Origin: a virus
Virus record (IMG/VR): IMGVR_UViG_3300021963_000027
Coordinates: 64,001-128,000 of that record
Direction: 5' to 3' (one strand)
Length of the DNA stretch: 64,000 bases
Shown here: positions 28,950 through 39,077 of the stretch, piece after piece
Layout: each line of letters opens with the position of its first letter
How positions within the stretch are numbered: the stretch's first letter is position 1
Position numbers and translations under genes: made by a program
The notes under the pieces: model-generated
What the model saw: the letters and a program-made list of their open reading frames with translations, nothing else
What the model was told of the DNA's origin: nothing
Database searches by the model: none

Positions 28950-30092
28950 TTAAAAATTTCCAAATCCAATTGCTCTTTCTTGTTGCTTCAAAGGTGAGTC
29001 GAATTCTTCAACATTGAAGACATCACACAGAGCAATTTCATCATCAAAAATATGACTGATACCGCAATGTTCTCCCAAACGATTGGCATCTTTTGCTGAA
29101 AGTTTACCGAAATGGTGAGAGATGTGGAGTCTTCCTTTTCTCAATAAAGCTGAATCAATTGCTTTGATATCAGCATTCATCGTGGCAACCACTTTGATTT
29201 TCAGTGAGTCCTTGAGGAAACCATCAGTCAAGTTCAACAAATTTGTTGTTGCTGAATTTCTATCACCACAAAGAATTTGTTCTGCGTCTTCCACGATCAA
29301 AGTGCATCCTTGATTCTGCAACATGAAAGAAACGAAGCTTGGTTCTGAGATAATACTAACCATCGAAGGTGGAACATAGATAACATCATTCTCACATTTC
29401 GTAATCATGTTCTTAATGAAGTTCGTCTTACCACATCCAGGAGGTCCGTAAAATACCATGAGATTATTTGATTTATCGTCAAAGAATTTCATGATCTTTT
29501 CATATGGAAATTCATCTCCATAATACAAAGGATACTCACCGTCTTTAATTTCAATATTATTGAAAGTGGTCTTTTGTTTATACAAACCTTGAGCATTCTG
29601 AGCGATCATGTAAAAGTTCTTCTCCGAATCGGGAACGAAAAGAACGTTCATATCAATTAACTCCACCAACAATTGTTCGATAGCATTTTTATTTTTAAGA
29701 AGAGGGCAAAATGATATGGAAACAACACCGCTTTCCAAGCCAACAAATTCTACATCTTCATCATCCTCTTTATCAATTTTGTTTTCAGGTAAACCGAAAT
29801 TACAACGAACCATCAAATATAAAAATTCGTTGAAATAATATCCAGCTTTGAAATCATTGATTTTATATTGATGGGTGACATCAAATTTCCATTTTCTGAA
29901 AAGATCATGGATATCATTAAGTCTTCGAGCATCTACTAGATAATCATCGAGAATAATAGTGTTCAGAGAAATATTTCCGAACTTCTGTTCAAATTCTTGA
30001 GGATAGTCAGAAGGATTCTTAAATTCACCAACTGAATTCACCCAATAGGTTCTCTCCAGTGCTTTTTTGATTGTTTCTTTTAATTTGCTCAT
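28950..30092 (-). CDS. AAA+ ATPase
   Basis: GPPGCGKT, LIVEDAE, LLNLTDG, SALLRKGRL. Confidence 0.88.
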   Translation of the reverse strand: MSKLKETIKKALERTYWVNSVGEFKNPSDYPQEFEQKFGNISLNTIILDDYLVDARRLNDIHDLFRKWKFDVTHQYKINDFKAGYYFNEFLYLMVRCNFGLPENKIDKEDDEDVEFVGLESGVVSISFCPLLKNKNAIEQLLVELIDMNVLFVPDSEKNFYMIAQNAQGLYKQKTTFNNIEIKDGEYPLYYGDEFPYEKIMKFFDDKSNNLMVFYGPPGCGKTNFIKNMITKCENDVIYVPPSMVSIISEPSFVSFMLQNQGCTLIVEDAEQILCGDRNSATTNLLNLTDGFLKDSLKIKVVATMNADIKAIDSALLRKGRLHISHHFGKLSAKDANRLGEHCGISHIFDDEIALCDVFNVEEFDSPLKQQERAIGFGNF

Positions 30093-30093
30093 A

Positions 30094-31719
30094 TCAGTTA
30101 AATCTGTCTAGGAAGAACTTGGGAAGCTTCTTCTTGTTTCTATTAATAGCATCAAAAATGCTCCCGTCAAGTATATATGTTTCACACCAGTCATCATGGG
30201 CGCGAACACTACGACCACAAGCCTGAAGCAGAGTCTTGAGCATAGCATTACCATACCAATCCTTATCAATTTTCATCAGCTTCTCTACTCGAACATCCTT
30301 TGTCGGTAGCCATGGTGCTTTCAGAATGATTTGGAAGCGAGACAAATCACCTTTCAAATCCACGCCATATGTCATTGAAGGAGATACCAAAATGGTCGGT
30401 TCACTGGACGATTCATGGATTTCCAAAAGCTGTTCATTATTCACTCCTGCTTCTCTACAAAGCAAACGATCTGATTTTATATTTTCTCGAATATAATCTG
30501 CCAAATATTGAGTGTGCGTGTGGATGATACCTTTTTCATCTTTATGATGTTCCATAATACCTTTGATCTGTTTCACCAAAGTTGGAAGCATGGATTTTAG
30601 ATTTTGGAAATTTAATTTCTGTTTCGCCATGATGTGAATCGGTGACTTCTCTGGATTGAAGTCTGTTCCAATATGGATATATTCATGATCTTTAATACCA
30701 AGAGCTTTACAATAAGCATCAGGATCAATAATCGTCGCAGAAAGAATGACTACCTTTTCAGCATAATCAAACAAATATTTTGAAAGAACATCAACTTTCA
30801 AAGGAATAAATCGAATGGCATTTTCCAATCGTTCTACGATGTAGTCGCTATCATAGAAAGTATCAACCAACAATTGCAAGGAATTTTGAAGATTGGTGAG
30901 TTTGGTGTATTCCTGTTTCTTTTTATTGAAAGTGATGATATCCTTTTTATTACTATTCTCACCAAACCAACTTTTGTATTCTTCTACGGAATTTGTTACA
31001 CTGTCTGCAACCTTGCTAATCCATGCCAACACCTTGGTTTTGTTATTATCATCATTAGGGAATGGCGTGACGAGTGTTTGAGTCTTCATGAGAAATGGGA
31101 TATCCACTTCACATGTAAATTGACCAACTAACTGCTCTTCCAATTCCGAACCCTCATCACATACAATGATTTGTCTTTTCTTGAGATGGTTGGGGAGAGA
31201 GAAAAACATACTGTAATTCAAAGCAGAAAACTTTGATGTTAGCATGTTATTGCGAGAATTGTAATATGGGCAACGATTAGCTTTCCAACACTCATTCTTC
31301 TGATTGGCAACGTAAATACATGGTGCAACATCAACTGATAATGTATCATCCACATCACACTGGTAGTTACTCTTACCTTTCAGAACTCCCGTATCATCGA
31401 AAGTATTCTGGTATTGGTCTTGGAGTGATTTGGTAATCGTCAAAGAATAGCAACCAAATGAATCGATGTCTTTCATCAATTCTGCACCATTTTCAGCAAA
31501 TACGCTATAATTCTTTACGAGCCGTTCAAATTCAACGGGAACATCTTTAGATACATTCCCAAGGGTTTTAGCTAAGTGTGTCTTACCTACCCCCGTGTCT
31601 GCATGGACGATTATGAATTTTTTACCATTCTCAAATGCTTTTTCAATGGCATTGAGAGCTTTCGCTTGTTTATCACGAGGGTTAAATCCCTCTGGGAAGT
31701 TTAATATTAAGTTACGCAT
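30094..31719 (-). CDS. DinG/XPD-family helicase with Fe-S cysteines
   Basis: HADTGVGKT, four Cys (YQC..PC..EC..RCPYY), DEG, GVDLKGD, QACGRSVR..DD. Confidence 0.88.
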   Translation of the reverse strand: MRNLILNFPEGFNPRDKQAKALNAIEKAFENGKKFIIVHADTGVGKTHLAKTLGNVSKDVPVEFERLVKNYSVFAENGAELMKDIDSFGCYSLTITKSLQDQYQNTFDDTGVLKGKSNYQCDVDDTLSVDVAPCIYVANQKNECWKANRCPYYNSRNNMLTSKFSALNYSMFFSLPNHLKKRQIIVCDEGSELEEQLVGQFTCEVDIPFLMKTQTLVTPFPNDDNNKTKVLAWISKVADSVTNSVEEYKSWFGENSNKKDIITFNKKKQEYTKLTNLQNSLQLLVDTFYDSDYIVERLENAIRFIPLKVDVLSKYLFDYAEKVVILSATIIDPDAYCKALGIKDHEYIHIGTDFNPEKSPIHIMAKQKLNFQNLKSMLPTLVKQIKGIMEHHKDEKGIIHTHTQYLADYIRENIKSDRLLCREAGVNNEQLLEIHESSSEPTILVSPSMTYGVDLKGDLSRFQIILKAPWLPTKDVRVEKLMKIDKDWYGNAMLKTLLQACGRSVRAHDDWCETYILDGSIFDAINRNKKKLPKFFLDRFN

Positions 31720-31779
31720 TTTTTAAGATTTCAATTTCACATCAAAATACATTTGATATGGAAATCCTACCACGTAATT

Positions 31780-32109
31780 TTAAGATGTCAAGACGTAAAG
31801 ATAATTATCGAAAAATTTGGAAGCATCTGACTTGTTGATTGCTTTCATCTTCCAATAAACTTCTTCAGTTCTTGGACAGAATGCGCTCAGAGCATAATCA
31901 AAAATAAATCCATTTTCGATTTTTTTAATATCATAAGGATAAGAGATTTCCCATTCTTTGGTTTCATTATCTTCCTCAATTTTAAATCTTACAAAATTTT
32001 GTTTTGTGTTAAACATTTGTATTTTACCCCCTTTGATTGTTCGGGAATTCAAAACAAATTTCACATCACGGAAAATTAATTTTTTTAAATGTTCTTCGAT
32101 TCTGTTCAT
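31780..32109 (-). CDS. Hypothetical protein
   Basis: 109-aa ORF overlapping its neighbour by 4 nt. Confidence 0.55.
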   Translation of the reverse strand: MNRIEEHLKKLIFRDVKFVLNSRTIKGGKIQMFNTKQNFVRFKIEEDNETKEWEISYPYDIKKIENGFIFDYALSAFCPRTEEVYWKMKAINKSDASKFFDNYLYVLTS

Positions 32110-32519
32110 GGATAAGGGTCGAGATTGAGTTCGTTGTCCATGTATCGCAATTTCTCGTTTGGACTCATGGGGAATATATTTTCATTGAAAAACTTCCAAA
32201 AGTTATCATCTGCTGGGATTTTTTGGACGAGGTAGCACATGTCCATTGAGACATTTCTAAAGTCCTGCATGAAGATATCCCAAGTGACAACCAGATCATG
32301 TCTACGCTCATCAACTTTTTTGGGGTCGAAAGAACCTGAAAAGTTCAAAGTTGTCTTACCATTATAAGAATTGAGAATCTCCATACTGTTCGTACACAAC
32401 ATCTGACGAATATAAGGTCGTCCTGGTGAGCGTTCAGGTCGCCTACGAACAATTAATAAATCGCAAATATTACTTTTCAGCAATCTTTGCAATTCACTTC
32501 GTCTTAATTTTTTCAGCAT
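32106..32519 (-). CDS. Hypothetical protein (possible WYL_2/SH3-like)
   Basis: LQRLLKSNIC...RQMLCTN..VVTWDIFMQDFR pattern. Confidence 0.45.
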   Translation of the reverse strand: MLKKLRRSELQRLLKSNICDLLIVRRRPERSPGRPYIRQMLCTNSMEILNSYNGKTTLNFSGSFDPKKVDERRHDLVVTWDIFMQDFRNVSMDMCYLVQKIPADDNFWKFFNENIFPMSPNEKLRYMDNELNLDPYP

Positions 32520-32922
32520 TTACTTCACAAACGCCAAACATGCGCTGTTCATTCAAGAACAAACCGTTCTTCACTTTACCGTGACCTGTTACTTCCAAAT
32601 TGGTGATTGGAATACCCATATTATTGGGGAACACTACGATATCACCGACTTCAGTGTATCGCACGTTTGGTCCTTTGAGGATGACTTTACCTTTTCTCCA
32701 AGCATTATGAACTTGAGCAACAGGAATTGCAATTCCTCCACGTAGGATATAGTCACCTGTTTCTTCTCCTGTGACCAAATCACAATATTCAAGAAGCATC
32801 ACATCGTCAAAAAGTTTGGATAGACTATAATCATCCAAACCAAAATCACTTGGTAGTGCTTTATCACTAAGGTCAATGTGGGATTTTTGAGGGGCTAAAA
32901 CATCAATAGATACTTTCGACAT
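32494..32922 (-). CDS. groES: GroES-like co-chaperonin (gp31-like)
   Basis: DDVMLLE..GGIAIP..KGKVILKGP..VGDIVVFP..LNEQRMFGV. Confidence 0.8.
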   Translation of the reverse strand: MSKVSIDVLAPQKSHIDLSDKALPSDFGLDDYSLSKLFDDVMLLEYCDLVTGEETGDYILRGGIAIPVAQVHNAWRKGKVILKGPNVRYTEVGDIVVFPNNMGIPITNLEVTGHGKVKNGLFLNEQRMFGVCEVNAEKIKTK

Positions 32923-32944
32923 GAATATATTTATTCATATTACT

Positions 32945-33715
32945 TTATATGTCAAATATAATTTTTCCTTCTGATAAAGATTTAACAGAAATTGGTGTTT
33001 TACCTCTTTCAATAAAAAGATCTCTCATATTTATGAATTTTTGAAATTCTTCATAATCTGGTTTGATTTCAAAAATACCACCACAATTGAGAGATTTCAA
33101 TTGTTGCTCTGCAATAGCGGGAAGTTTTGATTCATCACCTATACAAGATAAATGATAATTTATAGCTCCAAAATTATAAACAAAATGTATATTTTCTTCA
33201 TCTTTGATCGCTATTTTTTTATCATTCGATATTTTACCATAAAAAACAGAATCGCCTCCCGAATTTTTTGAAAAATGTTGATAACCTTTAATATCAAAAT
33301 ACAAATCTGGTGTATAAGCTATCGCGTTCGGAGCATTCACGCCTTCTTCAAATTTTCCACCATACACAATATATGATCTGATATTTCTATACATTTGTAT
33401 ATGAGGATTTTCTTGAAATTTCCTAACGTGATATGATATTTGTTCAGGAAAAAATATATCATCGTCATCCAATGGCATGATCAAATCATAATCTTTACCC
33501 ATGACTGCACCGATATTTTTTTTAACATCTAATATCAATTTCTTATTGATGTTTAGGATGAATACCCTCTCATGATCAAATTTGATATTAACATTTGGAT
33601 CATCATTTATTATCACCAAATCTGAATTTTCATGTGTTTGTGATAAAAATGATGCTACCATTCTTCCCAAAAAAGGAAGTCTGCCATAAGTTGGAGTGAC
33701 TACTAATACTTTCAT
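32945..33715 (-). CDS. Glycosyltransferase family 2
   Basis: VVTPTYGR..L..SFLSQT..LVIIND..G.K.N..PLDDDD. Confidence 0.85.
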   Translation of the reverse strand: MKVLVVTPTYGRLPFLGRMVASFLSQTHENSDLVIINDDPNVNIKFDHERVFILNINKKLILDVKKNIGAVMGKDYDLIMPLDDDDIFFPEQISYHVRKFQENPHIQMYRNIRSYIVYGGKFEEGVNAPNAIAYTPDLYFDIKGYQHFSKNSGGDSVFYGKISNDKKIAIKDEENIHFVYNFGAINYHLSCIGDESKLPAIAEQQLKSLNCGGIFEIKPDYEEFQKFINMRDLFIERGKTPISVKSLSEGKIIFDI

Positions 33716-33972
33716 AAATTTTTTCTTTTAGATATATATTTGATATTTTTTCTTTTCAATTTGGGAATTACATTTTCAAAGAATCGAAATGTTTCTTCGT
33801 CGGTATCGAATATCTGTGAGTATCTATTTACTGTCTCGTTAGCATATTTCAACAGATCTTTATCATAGAAACTTAAGTAACGAGTGACCATGTATGGTGA
33901 AAATTCTTCCAACAATTCATTGGTCATCTCACTTTTCTTATCGAAAAGAATATGATTTATGGTGTTAAACAT
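33712..33972 (-). CDS. gp62: Clamp loader small subunit-like
   Basis: INHILFDKK..FSPYMVTRYLS..N..Y..FF...IPK.KRK.IKYI. Confidence 0.7.
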   Translation of the reverse strand: MFNTINHILFDKKSEMTNELLEEFSPYMVTRYLSFYDKDLLKYANETVNRYSQIFDTDEETFRFFENVIPKLKRKNIKYISKRKNL

Positions 33973-34736
33973 AAGCGATTATTGATGATGTTTAGATACT
34001 CCTCACTGATCTCACTACCTAAAAAGTTTCTATTATTTTTAATAGCCATTTTAGCAGTAGTCCCACTTCCCATAAATGGATCGTATACCAAATCGCCTTC
34101 ATTTGACCAGCTTAAAATATGATCTTCTGCTAATTTTTCAGGAAAGATTGCTGGATGTTTGTATGCAATTTTATCATCAGAACCATAACCACCTCCTTGG
34201 GTATACTTCCAAATATTACGTCGAATACCAAATTCAGGAGCGATCTTACTTTCATATTTCTCACCCATAGTCCCATCTGCTTTTCTACGCTGGCGAGTCT
34301 TACCCCAACGCTCTCTCCATTTATTTGGTCTGTCGCAAATAGGATTGAATGTTTTGACTTTATCTTTAGATAAAACAAACATATATTCAAATGCAGGGTA
34401 ATATCTATTTTTCACTGGCGAGACTCCGCTCTTTTCATAAATGATGACATCATGTAATTTGAAACCAATTTCTTTGAAGTAAAGAGCTTGTCGAAAACTC
34501 GTTCCAGATTTATCACCATCTTTAGTCTGATCACCAACTACCCAAACAACAACTCCACCTTTTTTAGTGACTTTAAAAAGTCCTTTGGCTACATTTTCAA
34601 AATCAAATGAATAACCATTATAAGTTCTCAAATCATCATATGGAGGACTGGTAACAGTTAAATCGATAGATTCTTCTGGCATCCTATTCATAGTATCCAG
34701 ACAATTTTCATTATATATTTTATTAATTTCAAACAT
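33957..34736 (-). CDS. DNA N4-C/N6-A methyltransferase (beta class)
   Basis: TSPPY, HPAIFPEKL, VYDPFMGSGTT; start ATG 34736. Confidence 0.92.
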   Translation of the reverse strand: MFEINKIYNENCLDTMNRMPEESIDLTVTSPPYDDLRTYNGYSFDFENVAKGLFKVTKKGGVVVWVVGDQTKDGDKSGTSFRQALYFKEIGFKLHDVIIYEKSGVSPVKNRYYPAFEYMFVLSKDKVKTFNPICDRPNKWRERWGKTRQRRKADGTMGEKYESKIAPEFGIRRNIWKYTQGGGYGSDDKIAYKHPAIFPEKLAEDHILSWSNEGDLVYDPFMGSGTTAKMAIKNNRNFLGSEISEEYLNIINNRLCLTP

Positions 34737-35496
34737 CAACTTTAAACATTTTATCGTGGTAAATATCAATCGCTTCTCTACCATTCGGGAACCACTTGGA
34801 AGGGAAATAAGATATCTTATTTCCAATCAAAGCTGCCCACCAAGAAAAAGTAGAGTTGCTCCCCACTACGATATCACACTTCGACATATATGCAAGCTCT
34901 TTAATATCAGATTCTGATTTCATTATAATAAATTCTTTACCTTTAAATTCTTCTAAAACAATTTCAGGTGAATCTGTGAATACAATAATTTTATTCCCCT
35001 TCACATCTTCAGGTGTGAAAGTATCGAATAATTTATTAAAGTATTCAGTTTTACATACATAATGTATAGGAGCATGAACGATATAATCACCTCTTCTTAT
35101 ATGAAATGCAACGTTCAGATTGTCTCCATATCTGGGAAGACTATCAACTTCTGGTAAGTTCAATAAAGAAATAAATTCATCTTTATATTCTTCAAAGTAT
35201 TTCAAAGATTGGAAATATCCGCTCAATGATACAGACCCCTCATGGAACGGTAATTCATCATAATTAAATCTTTTTTCACGGATACCAATCACATCTCTAG
35301 TGAGACGATTACCATATTCAAAATTCTTGAAGATCGTATCTTTATACACCAAAGGATTAGTTCCTTGACCAGCAAACCAATTATAAGGGTTGATGATCAA
35401 TTTCTTACCATGTTTCTTAGCATAAGCATAACCAGCAGCTATTTGAAATAACTGATTACCCACGCCACCAATAACATTTACATAACAATTAGACAT
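34729..35496 (-). CDS. Alpha-1,2-fucosyltransferase-like (GT11)
   Basis: GGVGNQLFQ, GYFQS.KYF, HIRRGDY, NSTFSWWAA. Confidence 0.92.
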   Translation of the reverse strand: MSNCYVNVIGGVGNQLFQIAAGYAYAKKHGKKLIINPYNWFAGQGTNPLVYKDTIFKNFEYGNRLTRDVIGIREKRFNYDELPFHEGSVSLSGYFQSLKYFEEYKDEFISLLNLPEVDSLPRYGDNLNVAFHIRRGDYIVHAPIHYVCKTEYFNKLFDTFTPEDVKGNKIIVFTDSPEIVLEEFKGKEFIIMKSESDIKELAYMSKCDIVVGSNSTFSWWAALIGNKISYFPSKWFPNGREAIDIYHDKMFKVDV

Positions 35497-36172
35497 ATTT
35501 AAAATCGTAATAATGATTTCTATTTCTTTCAACATCGATATCATCTACGTGATGAGAATATCCTATATGTTTAACATATCCATCCATTAATGTCACAAAT
35601 TTATGATTAAATTTGTTTTTTAAAAAGTGTCCTATTTTAGTTTCACCGCCAATTTTATAATAATTACCTAATTTATCATAATCTGATTTTCTAATCAAAG
35701 AAGGATTGAATGTGAACCCCGAATAAATACCTTCCCACATAGGGAGTAGTTCTTTAAATTCTACACCATCATATTCTTCAATTTCATTTAATGTGGGGTG
35801 ATTATGATCATTTCGATCTCTAATCCAACATTGGAAAATATTTGAATCGCTTTCCAATAACTTTAAACTTTTATTTAAATATCCAGATTTGAAAAATAAC
35901 CAATCATCTTCACAATGGAAGATGTATTCAGTATCAACATGTGAATACATTTTATCAATACTTTTTATCTGACCAATTCTTTCGTCATTTGTTATCAATT
36001 CTACAAATTGATATTTTTCTCTAATGTTTGAATGGCATTGACTATCAGTAGAATCATCAATTATAATGAATTTTTCGATATCGTAATCACATGTCTGTAA
36101 AAAAGATGATAAAGTTTGATCTAATAAATCAAATCTCCCGCAAGATGTCATACAAAATGTTATTTTTTTCAT
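35489..36172 (-). CDS. Glycosyltransferase family 2
   Basis: TSCGRFDLL..IIIDDS..IFHCEDDW..GFTFNP. Confidence 0.82.
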   Translation of the reverse strand: MKKITFCMTSCGRFDLLDQTLSSFLQTCDYDIEKFIIIDDSTDSQCHSNIREKYQFVELITNDERIGQIKSIDKMYSHVDTEYIFHCEDDWLFFKSGYLNKSLKLLESDSNIFQCWIRDRNDHNHPTLNEIEEYDGVEFKELLPMWEGIYSGFTFNPSLIRKSDYDKLGNYYKIGGETKIGHFLKNKFNHKFVTLMDGYVKHIGYSHHVDDIDVERNRNHYYDFKYV

Positions 36173-36178
36173 TTTTTT

Positions 36179-36772
36179 TTATTTTTTTCTTAGAATCAAT
36201 CTAATAGATTTGTAAACATTTGACCATCCTTCGTGAGTTGGGTTAATATCTTCGGACATTTTAATCACATCAAAATATTTTTTAAATTTATTAAGCAATT
36301 TGACATCATCTATTACAAGATGATCATCAGAAGACACTGTTCTCAAATCATAATAAATCCAGAATTCACCATTATCATTTAATGAATTAAAAATTTTATC
36401 AACAAAATTGTAATCAGGATCATTGAAATGATCTATCACATTCAAACAAATAATAAAATCGAATTTATCATCGATATTTGAATATAAAATATTATCACTC
36501 AATATTTTATATTTATTCAAAAATTCATATCGTTGAATTTTTGATAATTTGTTTAAAAGTGGATCTAGTAATACCAATCTTCCAGAAAGATCAATATCAT
36601 TGTATTCACTGATTGGACATCCACCACACCCAATTTCTAAAATATTCCCCGATGATATTTTTTCAAATGGGAAAAATTCTTTATAAAATTTTTCATGGTG
36701 AAAGGGCATTTTATGACCATTAATCCAATAATTTAATTCATGATTTTGTAAATATTCGTCACTGTAATTCAT
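36179..36772 (-). CDS. Class I SAM-dependent methyltransferase
   Basis: ILEIGCGG..LDPL..FDFIICLNVIDH. Confidence 0.8.
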   Translation of the reverse strand: MNYSDEYLQNHELNYWINGHKMPFHHEKFYKEFFPFEKISSGNILEIGCGGCPISEYNDIDLSGRLVLLDPLLNKLSKIQRYEFLNKYKILSDNILYSNIDDKFDFIICLNVIDHFNDPDYNFVDKIFNSLNDNGEFWIYYDLRTVSSDDHLVIDDVKLLNKFKKYFDVIKMSEDINPTHEGWSNVYKSIRLILRKK

Positions 36773-37556
36773 ATTTTTCGTTTTGTTCTTTTAATCTCGT
36801 GTCTATGATATCTCCAACTTCAAAAGCATTGAAATATCGCCAATTTCTAGCATCATCTGGATGCCAGTTATTGACATCACCTCTAGGCATTTTAACCTTT
36901 TGCCAAAATTCTTTAGATTGTGTCGGGTAATGATTGATAATCATATCATAATCATTTTCAGCATTTGTCAAGTTTATATTAGAAGAACTAGAAACTTTAT
37001 GAATTTCTAAATTTTTATTATTAAACTTTTTAGTGTTAAGTATATATTTCAAACTTGCAGCGTTTTGCTCAACCCATTCACCGTTTGGTAACGGGGCATA
37101 TATAGTTTGATTTTCATCCATTCTCTTAACACATGAAGAAACGATAGATTTTGGATGATCAACGTTGCCATTTGAATTAAAATTAAACCAATTATTATAC
37201 ACAACTTCATAATTATAATATCGATTTAATGTGTCACTTAATAATAGATTATTCGGGGAATATACAAATTCATCTAAATCGTTGATCATAAACCATTCCG
37301 ATTCACCGATCACTGGTGTTAAAAATTTATTATAAGCTATACTCTGTCTGTTTGGAATTTTGGGAATATCATTTTTAAAAATAGTTATTTTTCCTTCTTC
37401 TTGGAATGGTTGTATGATTTCTTGATAATCATCGTCGCTATTATCATCTATCATGTAAATATGCTCAACCCCTCTATTGAGATAATGGGTGACCCATTCT
37501 CTCATATTAAGAGATTCATTTTTAAATATGCAACCTAAAGTTAATTTATATTTCAT
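36759..37556 (-). CDS. Glycosyltransferase (GT92 / Glyco_tranf_2_4-like)
   Basis: CIFKNES..EWVTHY..GVEHIYMIDDNSDD..INDLDEF. Confidence 0.82.
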   Translation of the reverse strand: MKYKLTLGCIFKNESLNMREWVTHYLNRGVEHIYMIDDNSDDDYQEIIQPFQEEGKITIFKNDIPKIPNRQSIAYNKFLTPVIGESEWFMINDLDEFVYSPNNLLLSDTLNRYYNYEVVYNNWFNFNSNGNVDHPKSIVSSCVKRMDENQTIYAPLPNGEWVEQNAASLKYILNTKKFNNKNLEIHKVSSSSNINLTNAENDYDMIINHYPTQSKEFWQKVKMPRGDVNNWHPDDARNWRYFNAFEVGDIIDTRLKEQNEKYELQ

Positions 37557-38259
37557 GACCTGTTCCCTCAAATCTTGGATATTCTGACATATTTTTATCT
37601 TTATGAATTATTTTTTTTTCGACTTCCAATGACCATTTTTCAGGATATGCATACCCCGAATCTAAGACTGTAATTTCATCTATAGGAATACTTGAAAAGT
37701 ATTTATTCAAATGGGATTCATCATGCCAAACGGCAACGATATTATTTCGTAAATCGATATCAATATTTTTATTTAGATTATCAATTAAATTGCAAATATT
37801 TAATGATTTACCACCCCATAAACAACCTTGTATGTATGGTCTATCGGTTTTAAAAGGTAGATAAGCAGTGGATTTCGAATTCTTCTCAGTAGTCCAAAAA
37901 GAATTATCAAAAATATTAGCAGGATGGGATACGCCAAAAATAGATGTATTTGGCATTTCATCTATTTTCGAATTTATTATTAAATCACAATCCATATAAA
38001 TGATATAATCATATTGTGACAATTTTTCAATTTGAGAATTGAAAAATTTAAATCTCTGTAAAGTTATAAATGGCCAAGATTGATGCCCTATTTTATTAAA
38101 AATTATGTTATTTTTTTCACTATGGAAAATATTTTCATCCGAAAATGTGAAGATATCCTTTTCGTAATTAGTTAAAAAATATTCATCAATCGATTTGATC
38201 AAATCACATAAAAGTGATTTGTAATTATTAGTCGCTATTGTTAGTATTGCAATTTTCAT
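37546..38259 (-). CDS. GT6 (ABO blood-group-type) alpha-1,3-Gal/GalNAc transferase-like
   Basis: MKIAILTIATNNY, WPFITL.RF, YIQGCLWGG, WHDESHLNKY, YAYPE. Confidence 0.9.
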   Translation of the reverse strand: MKIAILTIATNNYKSLLCDLIKSIDEYFLTNYEKDIFTFSDENIFHSEKNNIIFNKIGHQSWPFITLQRFKFFNSQIEKLSQYDYIIYMDCDLIINSKIDEMPNTSIFGVSHPANIFDNSFWTTEKNSKSTAYLPFKTDRPYIQGCLWGGKSLNICNLIDNLNKNIDIDLRNNIVAVWHDESHLNKYFSSIPIDEITVLDSGYAYPEKWSLEVEKKIIHKDKNMSEYPRFEGTGHEI

Positions 38260-38260
38260 A

Positions 38261-39076
38261 TCAAATAATCCAACTTTTAGTATATTGTTCCAACTCCTCC
38301 CGCTTAGTATTACCACAAACAAAATCAGAATGTCTCCGATTATTATCGTAATACGGATGCTTTTCTCTTACAGTATTCTCGTGTGGTAAATGCCATGCGA
38401 TTGCATTTTTATCTTCAACTCTATCGATAAAACACCCCATTTTATTAAATCTAGCTAAAATCTCATCGTCTTCATAACCCCATCCTTTAAAATTTGGATT
38501 ATAACCATTGCAACGAATAAATGTTTCTTTGCTGAACATCACCATACCACCTTTGCTATGTGGATGCGCTACTAGGAAATTATCATCCTGATCATAAGGG
38601 ATCGGCTTCAATGATTGAGACTTTTCCAATAGATCAACCAAGGATTGATTTTCCGCAAATTTTTCAAACATTGGTTGCTTCAAATGGATAAACATTCCAT
38701 TATAAGGGTAAATGATTCTACCCTTACCGTACTTTTCGAATTTATATTTAGCTTCATGTAAAAATACTGGATCGACAATCACATCCGTATCACCAGCAAT
38801 CAGATAATCCACATCCAAAATTTTGGACATCTCATTGAATGCCTTGGTTCTCCAATAGACATCATGGTTTACCATGAACAGACCTTTACAGTCATATTGC
38901 TTACAAAGTCTCTTGAAGTCCTTATCCAATTCCTTGTCGTCATTTAGAATGGCGATCTGGAGATTTTCTGAGTTCTCTCGATAAAATTTCACAACCATTT
39001 CCAGATTGCGAAAGCGGTCATCCACATCCCTACGGAAATGGATCATCAAGCCAATGTTATTAAGGTCTGTTTTCAC
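38261..39076 (-). CDS. GT7C-type galactosyltransferase-like
   Basis: GDTDV, GGMV, GYNPNFKGWGYEDDE, WHLPH. Confidence 0.85.
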   Translation of the reverse strand: MKTDLNNIGLMIHFRRDVDDRFRNLEMVVKFYRENSENLQIAILNDDKELDKDFKRLCKQYDCKGLFMVNHDVYWRTKAFNEMSKILDVDYLIAGDTDVIVDPVFLHEAKYKFEKYGKGRIIYPYNGMFIHLKQPMFEKFAENQSLVDLLEKSQSLKPIPYDQDDNFLVAHPHSKGGMVMFSKETFIRCNGYNPNFKGWGYEDDEILARFNKMGCFIDRVEDKNAIAWHLPHENTVREKHPYYDNNRRHSDFVCGNTKREELEQYTKSWII

Positions 39077-39077
39077 T

